Below are positions 17,600 to 27,025 of a stretch of 42,800 bases of DNA, piece by piece (the stretch's first letter is position 1; every line of letters begins with the position of its first letter). The stretch is from Acidimicrobiales bacterium (lineage in GTDB: Bacteria; Actinomycetota; Acidimicrobiia; Acidimicrobiales; MedAcidi-G1): the NCBI GenBank assembly GCA_036011165.1, contig DASCMW010000064.1, forward strand, positions 1-42,800, read 5' to 3'. The notes under the pieces are model-generated. The model was not told the origin of the DNA, made no database searches, and was given only the letters and a program-made list of their open reading frames with translations. A program made the position numbers and the translations under genes.

Positions 17600-18910
17600 T
17601 TAACCCAACACTGTTCCAGTACCGGCTACTGGTTTTCTGTTGCGTGAGAAAGTACCAAGATCAACCGTTTCATTAACTAAAGAGCAATGAACTTGGACAG
17701 GATCGGCGTCATGGTCATGTCCTGATTCACAGGCCGATATTAATTCGTTCATTAGGTGGCCGATAAGAGGAGCGTTTTTGAACTGATTTCCACTTGTACC
17801 ACAGGCAACGTAAAAACCTTCTAAGTCAGTTCGGTCGTAGATAGGAGTCCAATCAGGAGTGACGTCATAGTGGCTAGCTAGCCCTGTTGGGCGATTTGGT
17901 ACAGAAACTTCGGGAACACGTTTCGCCAGTCGCCAAACTAGTGACTCCCAACTCTCAATTGATGGAGTAGGAGAATCACTATCCGGATCATCAATCCAAA
18001 CAGCAGGGTCACAGTCTGCTTCTACTCCTCCAACAATCAGAGTGCCTCCTGGTTGGGGACGGGTATAGAAACCTAAATCTAGGTCACCAACCATTACTGG
18101 ATTATCAATGAAGTTAAATTCTTCAGAAGCGGGTAAGGCATGAACTTCTTGACGCATACCTCTCGTTGACATCCCCATTGTTTCACTGACACCGGCTAAA
18201 TCATTTATATATGAACTCCACGGTCCTGCAGCATTAATAACTATTGAAGATTTAATGATTTCTCCATTATCCAGACGTACCCCGACAACCTTGTCCTGAT
18301 CTTTTTCAATCGCAACAACTGAGGTACGAAGAGAGACTTTTGCACCAAAATGGCGTGCCGCATCCATAAGATTTTGTGCGGCCAATTGAGGATCATCAAT
18401 GAAGCCTCCACTTGGTACAAAAAAACCGCCAAGTTTTTCTTCTGCATCTTCAAAAAAGTGTTCATCATTTGGGAGACAAGGAGGCCAAAAACGACCAGTA
18501 TTAAACATCGGGTATTTTTCGGACAAATCGTTTTCGCCCAGTTCTTCAAAAGGTATCCCTAATTCGTTGAAGTGCTCTAAGTAAGAAGACCGATCAAAAT
18601 TTGGTGGTTCTAAGAGAATCATGCTGAGAGGATGAAATTGAGCTACTGGTCCATCTACGTATCCAAGGTGTTCTTCCCACGCCTTCCATCTGTGAAATGA
18701 CTCCCAAGCAGCAACTACTCCAGAACGGGTCGAATAGTTGAACCGAATGAGAGCAGAACTGGCACTTGTGGAGCCTCCACCAACTGACTCACCTTTATCA
18801 ACAACAAGAACCGTTCGTCCTGAGCGTTGGAGCTCTAGAGCAATTGATGCCCCCACTACACCTGCTCCGATAATTACTACGTCTGTTTCAGAATTAGATT
18901 GCATATTCAT
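17600..18910 (-). CDS. FAD-dependent oxidoreductase (DAO / sarcosine oxidase beta-like)
   Basis: IIGAGVVG, INAAGPWS, YDVTPDWTPI, GTSGNQFKNAP. Confidence 0.88.
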   Translation of the reverse strand: MNMQSNSETDVVIIGAGVVGASIALELQRSGRTVLVVDKGESVGGGSTSASSALIRFNYSTRSGVVAAWESFHRWKAWEEHLGYVDGPVAQFHPLSMILLEPPNFDRSSYLEHFNELGIPFEELGENDLSEKYPMFNTGRFWPPCLPNDEHFFEDAEEKLGGFFVPSGGFIDDPQLAAQNLMDAARHFGAKVSLRTSVVAIEKDQDKVVGVRLDNGEIIKSSIVINAAGPWSSYINDLAGVSETMGMSTRGMRQEVHALPASEEFNFIDNPVMVGDLDLGFYTRPQPGGTLIVGGVEADCDPAVWIDDPDSDSPTPSIESWESLVWRLAKRVPEVSVPNRPTGLASHYDVTPDWTPIYDRTDLEGFYVACGTSGNQFKNAPLIGHLMNELISACESGHDHDADPVQVHCSLVNETVDLGTFSRNRKPVAGTGTVLG

Positions 18911-18936
18911 TAGATAAGAGATTAGAAGACATTTCG

Positions 18937-19839
18937 TTATCTTGTTGCACCCGAAGTGTCTCTTATCCTGTCTTTTATTGGACGAGGTTGTTCACAGCGG
19001 TCTAGGGCTGCTCCCCACGCAGGAGAAAAACCAAGAGCAAAGCGTAAAACTCTGATCAGAAGGTGTCCGCCAATGCGAGAACCCGGAATGCTTCTGACTC
19101 CTACGGCTTTTCTTAGTTCCCGTGGAACAGTTGCGACAGCAGCGTAAAAAAGAATTTTGTAAGCGGCTAAGACAAAGAAGGGAAGGGGTGGTCGAGCTAA
19201 AAACTTACGTGCTTCGCTTCCAGCAGGAGAACTATCAACCGAAGGGTGAGTGGCTAGCCATGAAGATAATGATTTGGCTGTAGAAGGTAGTGGTTCTGCT
19301 CCAAGTAGAGAGCCAAGACGGGTTTGTTCTAGTACGTAAGAATCAGCTTCCTCTTGAGTCATTGCTCGAGATCCATAAATACGATACGCAGTAAGAAAAG
19401 AGTCAATGAGAGCGTTGTGGACCCAAGCAGCGAGGTCAGATTTATTTGCCGAGTATTCTTTCCCACGATGAGAAACCCCTGACACTGGACGATGAGCAGA
19501 ACGAACACTTTTAATAGCCTTATTAACTTCAGTCATGGAACCGTACGCTGTTGCAGTTACGTAAGACGCCGTTCGTGAAAGGCGCCCTAACGGATCTTGT
19601 TCATAACGCGAATGGTCGCTAACTCCCGCAGCTACTTCAGGATGAGCTGCTTGCACAATCAACGCTCTTATGCCACCAATAAAAGAGGCAACATCGCTCA
19701 TGACCAACCAAGTAACAGAGGAAGGACCAAAAAGTCCTGGATCTTCCGGATAGTCAAAAGTGTTCTCTAAAGGATCTGGAGCATGGCTAAAAAGCTCTAC
19801 AGCATTTTTAGTTATTTGATCGCGCCATTTATCTGCCAT
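18937..19839 (-). CDS. MpaB/DUF2236-family oxygenase-like protein
   Basis: GLFGPSSVTW, GIRAL..QAAHP.V.AGV.DHS, DPLGRL.RT, H..V.G, WVH. Confidence 0.85.
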   Translation of the reverse strand: MADKWRDQITKNAVELFSHAPDPLENTFDYPEDPGLFGPSSVTWLVMSDVASFIGGIRALIVQAAHPEVAAGVSDHSRYEQDPLGRLSRTASYVTATAYGSMTEVNKAIKSVRSAHRPVSGVSHRGKEYSANKSDLAAWVHNALIDSFLTAYRIYGSRAMTQEEADSYVLEQTRLGSLLGAEPLPSTAKSLSSWLATHPSVDSSPAGSEARKFLARPPLPFFVLAAYKILFYAAVATVPRELRKAVGVRSIPGSRIGGHLLIRVLRFALGFSPAWGAALDRCEQPRPIKDRIRDTSGATR

Positions 19840-19861
19840 AACTAATTTGAACTATGAAATA

Positions 19862-20800
19862 TTAAGACTCAGTTGTGGTGGCAACAGGTTCAGTTGTGGT
19901 GGCAACAGGTTCAGTTGTGGTGGCAACAGGTTCAGTTGTGGTTGTAGGAGGATCAATGCCTTCATTGCCTTCTGGGAGTACCAGAAATTCGATACGCCGA
20001 TTCCTCTTTTTTCCCTCTTGGGTAATGTTGTCTGCTACAGGATCGTATTCTCCATAACCTAGCGTTAGAAGTCTTTCAGGATCTATACCACGAGCTACTA
20101 ATTGAGAGCGGACTGCTTCAGCCCTAAGAGTAGACAAATTCAAATTGGCCACTTCATCTCCGTCGCTATCTGTATGTCCAATGATTTGAACTCGGACATT
20201 GAGGTTGGTTGATAAGAAACTGGCGATTTGATCAAGAGTTGTCGCAGAATCTTCAGTAATACGATCTCCTCCACTTTCAAATTCAATCGGGGTTCTGGCT
20301 GCTGTCTCACTTAAACGCGCTTGTAGCAAAAGATCACTTAATGCAGCTGGTGGCTCAGAAATAGTTTCTGTTTCTATTCCAATGACGGTCGAGGCTGGAA
20401 CAACTAACCGATTATCAACACTGACAACTCCCGATTGAGCTTGAGCCACTCTTCCAGCAGCTTCTTTCAAATCGCTACTAGGTATTTGCCCTTCAAGAAT
20501 TACAGTCCAGTCAATAACCCTTACTTCAACGGTAGGAAGGCCAGCCTGAACCATGGCACTTTGAACTTCAGATAAAAGACTTTGTTGTCCTTCTTCTGAA
20601 TCAGGCCTATTACTTGCGCCAATAGCGGCGATAATAAAGAAGACAACAATGACAGCGATAATTAGAATTACTCGCCTTTCTTGAACAAGTTCTCGAATAC
20701 CACCCCGTCCACGATTAGGCGCAGAACGACGCGGACCACCAAAGGCTGGCCCAAAACTCCTATTTCCACTATTACGTGGATCTCTCATCCAGTTAGTCAT
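19862..20800 (-). CDS. membrane-anchored BON + OmpA-like peptidoglycan-binding protein
   Basis: TM helix, BON-like VILEG...GVVSVDNRL, OmpA-C motif GHTD...NLNLS..RA..V...G.GE..P...N...NRRIEF. Confidence 0.88.
   Translation of the reverse strand: MTNWMRDPRNSGNRSFGPAFGGPRRSAPNRGRGGIRELVQERRVILIIAVIVVFFIIAAIGASNRPDSEEGQQSLLSEVQSAMVQAGLPTVEVRVIDWTVILEGQIPSSDLKEAAGRVAQAQSGVVSVDNRLVVPASTVIGIETETISEPPAALSDLLLQARLSETAARTPIEFESGGDRITEDSATTLDQIASFLSTNLNVRVQIIGHTDSDGDEVANLNLSTLRAEAVRSQLVARGIDPERLLTLGYGEYDPVADNITQEGKKRNRRIEFLVLPEGNEGIDPPTTTTEPVATTTEPVATTTEPVATTTES
19869..19942. repeat. in-frame 21-bp tandem repeat, 3.5 copies (TCAGTTGTGGTGGCAACAGGT), encoding (EPVATTT)n
   Basis: Perfect copies directly visible at the 3' end of the OmpA-like gene. 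Confidence 0.95.
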
Positions 20801-20890
20801 TTAAAGTCAATCTGCTTATAACGCAAACGTTACATAGGTATAAGCCTAGGCCGCACATGTTGTTACGTCAGATCTCTCTAGACTTTCAAT

Positions 20891-21670
20891 ATGTCTAGTG
20901 ACAACCTTTCCGAGATTTTGTTGGCTCCCGACTGCGAGGCTTCGCTATTGCAAGCTCTTGAATCAGGTGAAATGGATTCGTTAGTTCCTGAATTGTCATT
21001 ACTGAGTATGGAACAAGACCCAATCCATAAACATAAAGATGTTTTAGCCCACACCATCGCCGTGGTATCTAAGACCGAACCTGAAATAACTGTTCGGTTG
21101 AGTGCGTTATTTCACGACATAGGGAAACCAAAAACACGTTCATTTGAACATGGTGGAGTGACTTTTCGACACCATGAAATTGTTGGTTCACGCATGGCTC
21201 GAAAAAGACTCGGAAAACTTGGATACTCAGAACAAGTCATAGATGAGGTAGTAGAACTTGTGCGTCTTTCTGGCCGGTTTAAAGGATATGCCGACGGATG
21301 GTCTGATTCAGCAGTTCGAAGATACGCGAGAGATGCGGGTCCGTTATTAGGGAAATTGAATCATCTGATTCGATGCGACTGTACAACACGAAATGAAAAT
21401 AAAGCACGAGGCGTTCAAGAGGCCATGGACGACTTGGAGCGTCGAATCGCTGCTTTAGCAGAAGAAGATCGTCAAGCCGCTGAGCGCCCAGGTTTAAATG
21501 GAGTAGAAATAATGGAGTACCTTAATATTAACCCTGGACCAGACGTGGCCGAGGCACTTACACATTTATTGGAGATAAAAAGAAATGAAGGAGATCTAGA
21601 TTCAAAAGAACTCCGAATTCGACTTGATGCATGGTGGAAGTTACGCAATAAAGAATCCAGCGAGCATTAA
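20891..21670 (+). CDS. HD-domain protein corresponding to the C-terminal half of the actinobacterial CCA-adding enzyme
   Basis: HKHKDVLAHT, LFHDIGKP, FRHHEIVG, WSDSAVRRY..DAG, DCTTRN, RP.LNG.EIM; no nucleotidyltransferase head. Confidence 0.8.
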   Translation: MSSDNLSEILLAPDCEASLLQALESGEMDSLVPELSLLSMEQDPIHKHKDVLAHTIAVVSKTEPEITVRLSALFHDIGKPKTRSFEHGGVTFRHHEIVGSRMARKRLGKLGYSEQVIDEVVELVRLSGRFKGYADGWSDSAVRRYARDAGPLLGKLNHLIRCDCTTRNENKARGVQEAMDDLERRIAALAEEDRQAAERPGLNGVEIMEYLNINPGPDVAEALTHLLEIKRNEGDLDSKELRIRLDAWWKLRNKESSEH

Positions 21671-21702
21671 TCTTTTCAAATAAAAGAAAAATAAGAGGAA
21701 TT

Positions 21703-24246
21703 ATGAATACTGATCACGACTCTCTTCTAGAAGAGATGACTTTAGAGGAGAAGGTTTCTCTGATGACCGGCAGAGGAATTTGGGATGCGAATCCTGTAGA
21801 ACGTCTTCAGATTCCTGCCTTAAAAGTAACGGATGGCCCAAATGGTGCACGAGGAGCGGGGCTTTTAGGCACTGGGGTACCTGCGCTCTGTATTCCATGC
21901 GGTTCAGCATTAGGAGCTACATGGAATCCTTCTCTCATTGAAGAACTAGGTAAAGCATTAGCGATGGAAACACGAGCTCGCGCCTGTCACGTTTTATTAG
22001 CCCCAACTGTCAACATCCATCGCACTCCTCTCGGGGGGAGGAATTTTGAATGCTACTCAGAAGATCCATATTTGACCGGCCGTATAGCAATTAGTTTCAT
22101 TAAGGGAGTCCAAAGTGAAAAAGTAGGAACAACTATCAAACATTTTGTGGCTAACGATTCTGAGTTTGAAAGAAACAGTATTGATTCACAAGTTCCTGAA
22201 CGGGCGTTAAGAGAAATATATTTACGACCCTTTGAAATGGCAGTAAAAGAAGCAGAACCATGGGGAATCATGGGTTCCTACAACCGAGTTAACGGGACGT
22301 TTGCTTGCGAGAACCCGACGTTATTAACAGAGATTCTTCGAAAAGATTGGGGCTTTACAGGAATAGTTGTTACAGACTGGTACGCAGCAAAGACCACAAT
22401 TGAAATGGCAAAAGCTGGCTTGGACTTAGAAATGCCGGGCCCTGGACGTTTTTATGGATCTCGTTTAGTAGAAGCAGTGCAAAAGGGTGAAGTATCAGAA
22501 GAAGTTATTGATTCGGCAGTTAAACGGCTTCTTCTACTTCTTGAACGAACTAATGCATTTGATGAGCCATTAAATCAAGATGAACAAACGCTAGATATAA
22601 GTAAACACAGAGAGTTAGCAAGAACTGCAGCCTCTGAAGCAATGGTTCTTTTAAAAAATGATGGCGTTCTCCCATTCAAAATGGAAGATATTTCCTCATT
22701 AGCAGTTATAGGACCGAATGCTGCTGGAGCGATGCTTATGGGGGGAGGGTCAGCTTCTCTTGTACCACAATATGAAATCACACCCCTTGAAGCTTTGGAA
22801 ACACGACTCACTGATCAGAGTGAAATCCATTATGAAATTGGCGCAATTACAGATAGGTCGTCTCGCCCTGTTCCTCAACGCTTACTTACTAACTCTGAAG
22901 GAAGCAACGGATTCAAAGTTGAATATTTCAATGGAGTGACTTGGGAAGGGGAGCCTTATGCAACCCATACCGGGAAAAGCGGTCGATTGCTTACCCCAGA
23001 AGACCAATCGGGTGCTGATGAGCTTGGCTCCTTTTCATTTCGAGCTACAGCACAACTTCAAACTGAAGTAGACGGAGATCATATATTGACTCTTATTCAA
23101 GCAGGGCGATCTCGAGTGTTAGTCAATGGAGACGTGGTTCTTGATGGGATAACTGAACCTCCTCCACAAGGAGAAGCTTTTTTTGGAATGGGAAGCATCG
23201 AAATAGAAACACCAATCTCTTTATCCGCTAACGAACCGGTTGAGGTCACTGTTGAATTCTCAAGCGAACAAAGCGTCTTTTTGCATGGAATCCAGCTCGG
23301 TCTTCGTTTCCCTATGGTCGGAGATTTAATAGAACAAGCAGTAAGCACTGCTGCTAATTGTGATGCAGCGATCGTCATTGTAGGAACCAACGATGATTGG
23401 GAAACAGAAGGTCGTGATCGTGAATTCATGGAACTTCCGGGAAAACAACCCGAGTTAATTCGTCGAGTTTGTGAAGCAAACCCAAATACTGTTGTAGTTA
23501 TCAATTCTGGTTCAGTCGTAACTACAGACTGGTCGAATGCTGCTCCAGCGATTCTCCAAACATGGTTTGGAGGGCAAGAGATGAGTCATGCACTAGTGGA
23601 TGTTTTAACTGGGGAAGAAGAACCAGGGGGGCGACTTCCAAATTCTTGGCCACACCGGCTAGAAGATACTCCCGCATTTGTTAACTACCCAGGTGAGGCA
23701 GGTGTAGTGAATTATGGAGAAGGAGTGTTTGTAGGCTATCGCTGGTATCAAGCGAGAGATATAGATGTTGCATACCCCTTTGGGCATGGCTTGGGCTACA
23801 CCACATTTGAATGGGGCGAAGCAACTATTAGCGGTGCCAGCACTATCAAAGAATTAGAAGGCGGCGAAAAAATTCTCATCTCAATTCCAATCACAAACGT
23901 GGGTGATCGCTTAGGGAGCGAGACAACACAGTGCTATGTGTCCCCACTTAACCCTATATCTCTAAGGCCGCCTCAAGAATTGAAAGGCTTCGCAAAGATA
24001 AAACTCCAACCGGGAGAAACAACTGAAGCTCTTATTGAATTGGATTACCGATCTTTTGCTGTATTTGATCCAGGAGACCCTGATTATGAATCTCGTAATC
24101 ATCGTATTCCAGTTGCCGCAGGCGGCCATCACATTGGCCACCGTTCAGAATCAGGATGGTTCATTGATCCAGGCAAATTTGAACTCAAGATCGGAACTTC
24201 TTCAACCGAGATATGCAAGGTTCTTCCTCTGGACCTATCTCCCTAA
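21703..24246 (+). CDS. GH3 beta-glucosidase with PA14 insertion and Fn3-like C-terminus
   Basis: TDGPNGARG, GGRNFECYSEDP, IKHFVAN, VTDW nucleophile, YGEGVFVGYR, ELKGF; no signal peptide. Confidence 0.93.
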   Translation: MNTDHDSLLEEMTLEEKVSLMTGRGIWDANPVERLQIPALKVTDGPNGARGAGLLGTGVPALCIPCGSALGATWNPSLIEELGKALAMETRARACHVLLAPTVNIHRTPLGGRNFECYSEDPYLTGRIAISFIKGVQSEKVGTTIKHFVANDSEFERNSIDSQVPERALREIYLRPFEMAVKEAEPWGIMGSYNRVNGTFACENPTLLTEILRKDWGFTGIVVTDWYAAKTTIEMAKAGLDLEMPGPGRFYGSRLVEAVQKGEVSEEVIDSAVKRLLLLLERTNAFDEPLNQDEQTLDISKHRELARTAASEAMVLLKNDGVLPFKMEDISSLAVIGPNAAGAMLMGGGSASLVPQYEITPLEALETRLTDQSEIHYEIGAITDRSSRPVPQRLLTNSEGSNGFKVEYFNGVTWEGEPYATHTGKSGRLLTPEDQSGADELGSFSFRATAQLQTEVDGDHILTLIQAGRSRVLVNGDVVLDGITEPPPQGEAFFGMGSIEIETPISLSANEPVEVTVEFSSEQSVFLHGIQLGLRFPMVGDLIEQAVSTAANCDAAIVIVGTNDDWETEGRDREFMELPGKQPELIRRVCEANPNTVVVINSGSVVTTDWSNAAPAILQTWFGGQEMSHALVDVLTGEEEPGGRLPNSWPHRLEDTPAFVNYPGEAGVVNYGEGVFVGYRWYQARDIDVAYPFGHGLGYTTFEWGEATISGASTIKELEGGEKILISIPITNVGDRLGSETTQCYVSPLNPISLRPPQELKGFAKIKLQPGETTEALIELDYRSFAVFDPGDPDYESRNHRIPVAAGGHHIGHRSESGWFIDPGKFELKIGTSSTEICKVLPLDLSP

Positions 24247-24264
24247 ACGTACTAACCTCAAAAA

Positions 24265-24378
24265 ACACCGGGGAGCTCGGACCACCATGCCGGGCTGAGA
24301 GGGTAGCTGTCGCCATAGATTTTCATGGAGGTGCTACCGACCCGCTTGAACCTGAACTGGGTAATGCCAGCGGAGGGA
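24265..24378 (+). promoter_or_regulatory. TPP riboswitch (THI element)
   Basis: CGGGG...GGGCTGAGA...ACCCG..GAACCTGA..GGGTAATGCCAGCGGAGG consensus directly upstream of thiB; TAACCT -10-like box at 24253-24258. Confidence 0.95.
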
Positions 24379-24383
24379 GAGAA

Positions 24384-25409
24384 ATGAAAAAAAATCTATT
24401 CTTCATCACACTCTTAATATTTGCAATAACAGTTACAGCATGTGGAGAAGAGGAAAACAGAACAATCACTCTTCTAACTCACGACTCATTCTGGATATCC
24501 GACGAGGTGCTCCAAGAGTTCACTGACCAGACCGGAACAAAAGTAGAGCTCCAAATGGCCGGTGACACAGGTCAACTTCTAGCTTCAGCGATACTTACTG
24601 CCAGCAACCCAGCAGCAGATGTGATATTTGGAATAGATAATACGTTTCTTCAACGAGCTCTTGACGCAGACATATTCTCTACCTATGAATCTCCATCTCT
24701 ACGTCATGTGCCTGAAGAAATTCAACTTGACTCTAAACACAGGGTAACTCCAATAGATTTCGGTGATGTTTGCATCAACTATTGGATTGACAGTTTTGAT
24801 TCAGATCTTCCTGCACCAGAAAGCCTAGAAGACCTTATTGATCCGCAGTACTACGGTCAACTAGTAGTACAAAATCCAGAAACTTCTTCTCCAGGACTGG
24901 CATTTCTATTAGCAACAATCGCAGAATACGGAGAAGACTGGGAGACTTGGTGGGCTGGATTAAGAGATAATGGTGTAACGGTCACTTCGGGATGGGAAGA
25001 TGCATACGAAGGAGAGTTTGTTGCTGGAGGTGGAGATCATCCACTTGTAGTTTCTTATGCTTCAAGCCCACCTGCTGAAGTAATTTATTCTGAAACTCCT
25101 ATTAGTAGTCCTCCAACTGGTGTATTAACTGATACTTGCTTTCGTCAAATTGAATTTGCTGGTGTTGTAAATGGAACTAAACATCAAGAAACTTCTGAAG
25201 CCCTGATTGATTTCATGCTTTCTAAAAAGTTCCAAGAAGATATACCAAATTCAATGCTGATGTTTCCCGCTTCAACTGACGCAGATTTGCCAAAAATATT
25301 TAGCGACTTTGCTGAAGTCGTTGAGAACCCTTACATGCTTGCCCCAGATTACATAGAAGAAAATCGAAATGATTGGACTGAACGATGGACTGAGATAGTA
25401 CTTCGATGA
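24384..25409 (+). CDS. thiB: thiamine ABC transporter substrate-binding lipoprotein
   Basis: THDSF, GIDN, TSSPGLAFL, GWEDAY, VVSYASSP, CFRQIEFAG; lipobox VTA-C; start moved to 24384, after the riboswitch. Confidence 0.92.
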   Translation: MKKNLFFITLLIFAITVTACGEEENRTITLLTHDSFWISDEVLQEFTDQTGTKVELQMAGDTGQLLASAILTASNPAADVIFGIDNTFLQRALDADIFSTYESPSLRHVPEEIQLDSKHRVTPIDFGDVCINYWIDSFDSDLPAPESLEDLIDPQYYGQLVVQNPETSSPGLAFLLATIAEYGEDWETWWAGLRDNGVTVTSGWEDAYEGEFVAGGGDHPLVVSYASSPPAEVIYSETPISSPPTGVLTDTCFRQIEFAGVVNGTKHQETSEALIDFMLSKKFQEDIPNSMLMFPASTDADLPKIFSDFAEVVENPYMLAPDYIEENRNDWTERWTEIVLR

Positions 25410-27025
25410 CTTTCACGAAAAAAATTAGGTGGATAACTCTAGCTTCCTTACCTGCTATTTTCATCGGAGCTTTCTTTTACTGGCCATTGATCAGGATTTT
25501 CAGTCATGCTTTAGGAAGTGAAAAGATAGATGAATTCGGAGCTCTGCTTCTAAGCGGTTCTTTTCATCAGATTGCATGGTTTACTGTCTGGCAGGCTGCT
25601 CTATCCACTGTATTAACGATGCTTTTAGCTCTTCCAGTTTCATATTTAATGGCACGATATTCATTTCGAGGACGTCGAATACTTCAGATTCTTATCACAG
25701 TTCCTTTTGTCTTACCGACAGTAGTGGTAGCCGGAGCTTTCACTGCTTTGTTTGAAAGATTTGGATTGGATGGAGGAGCATTTCGTCTTCGCCACACTGT
25801 GTGGGCTCTACTCGCAGCTCATGTGTTTTTCAATTTGGCTATAGCGATAAGAACAGTGAGTTCATTTTGGTCTGGCCTTGATCCAAGAATTGAAGAACAA
25901 GCAAAACTTTTAGGAGCGACTCCAGGGCGTATTTTTAGAAAAGTTACTTTTCCTCGACTTGTTCCTGCGCTAACTGCTGCAGCATCAATTGTATTTTTGT
26001 TTTGTTTAACTTCTTTTGGAGTAATCCTCCTTTTAAGTGGGCCAACACGAGCAACAATAGAAACAGAAATTTGGAGACAGGCTGTTTGGAGAGGAGATAT
26101 AGCAGCCGCTTCTTCTCTTGCAGTTATCCAATTAATTACTGTATTAGTAATGGTCTTTTTGATGAACTTTTTACAAAGACGACAGTCCGTAATCGAAAAT
26201 AGAACTAATTGGGTATACGAGAAACCACCTAGAAAGTTTCTGGCTGGAAATATTGTTCTTTTATTGGTTGTGGTTGGTTTGCCAATCATTGTCCTTCTAG
26301 AGAGATCAATAGCAGTGGGAGAAGGGTATTCAATCCAGAATTTTATTTCATTAGCTGATCGTGTTGCATTAGTTCCAGTGTCTGCCTTGACAGCTTTAAA
26401 AAACTCATTATTTTTTGCTGCTCTTGCGGCTATCTTCGCTTCGTTGCTTGGTGGGATAGCTTCATTGGTCGTCGTTCACGGACGCCGTTGGATTTCAAAT
26501 TTGTTTGATATGAGCATGATGCTCCCATTGGGAATATCAGCAGTTGTTTTAGGTTTTGGGATGCTTATTGCCTTAGACACTCCACCTCTGGATCTCCGAT
26601 CTTCTTGGATTCTTGTGCCGATAGCTCATGCTCTTTTAGGAATCCCATTCGTGATGCGTACAGTGGTTCCAACATTACGACGTATTGATCCTTCCTTGCG
26701 TGAATCCGCCGCTTTATTAGGAGCCTCGCCACGACAAGTAAACCGACGTATTGATTTCCCGATAGCGCTTAGGGCACTTAGCGTGGGTGCCGCTTTTGCG
26801 TTCGCCATTTCTATCGGAGAGTTCGGGGCAACTTCTTTTCTGCCGCGAAACCCAGATCGTCTTACAGCCCCTTTAGTTCTTTTTCGTTTACTTGGAGCTC
26901 CTGGAGAGGTTTTGCGGGGTCAAGCCATGGCGTTAGCTGTGGTGTTGATGACAATTACTGCCTTGACGGTCATACTCGTTGAAGGCTCTTTTTTTAACAA
27001 GGGAACGACTAGGAGTGATTTCTAA
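25406..27025 (+). CDS. thiP: thiamine ABC transporter permease
   Basis: Two EAA-like loops (EEQAKLLGA, ESAALLGA), WFTVWQA, AHVFFN, GEFGAT. Confidence 0.9.
   Translation: MTFTKKIRWITLASLPAIFIGAFFYWPLIRIFSHALGSEKIDEFGALLLSGSFHQIAWFTVWQAALSTVLTMLLALPVSYLMARYSFRGRRILQILITVPFVLPTVVVAGAFTALFERFGLDGGAFRLRHTVWALLAAHVFFNLAIAIRTVSSFWSGLDPRIEEQAKLLGATPGRIFRKVTFPRLVPALTAAASIVFLFCLTSFGVILLLSGPTRATIETEIWRQAVWRGDIAAASSLAVIQLITVLVMVFLMNFLQRRQSVIENRTNWVYEKPPRKFLAGNIVLLLVVVGLPIIVLLERSIAVGEGYSIQNFISLADRVALVPVSALTALKNSLFFAALAAIFASLLGGIASLVVVHGRRWISNLFDMSMMLPLGISAVVLGFGMLIALDTPPLDLRSSWILVPIAHALLGIPFVMRTVVPTLRRIDPSLRESAALLGASPRQVNRRIDFPIALRALSVGAAFAFAISIGEFGATSFLPRNPDRLTAPLVLFRLLGAPGEVLRGQAMALAVVLMTITALTVILVEGSFFNKGTTRSDF

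Noticed and set aside
19847-20062. ORF with repeated CGGNRFS, resembling a Cys-rich RiPP precursor
   Set aside because: Antisense reading of the 21-bp linker repeat in the OmpA-like gene; no modifying enzymes nearby
24213-24383. N-terminal extension of ThiB in the ORF track
   Set aside because: It is the TPP riboswitch read in frame; the signal peptide starts at 24384
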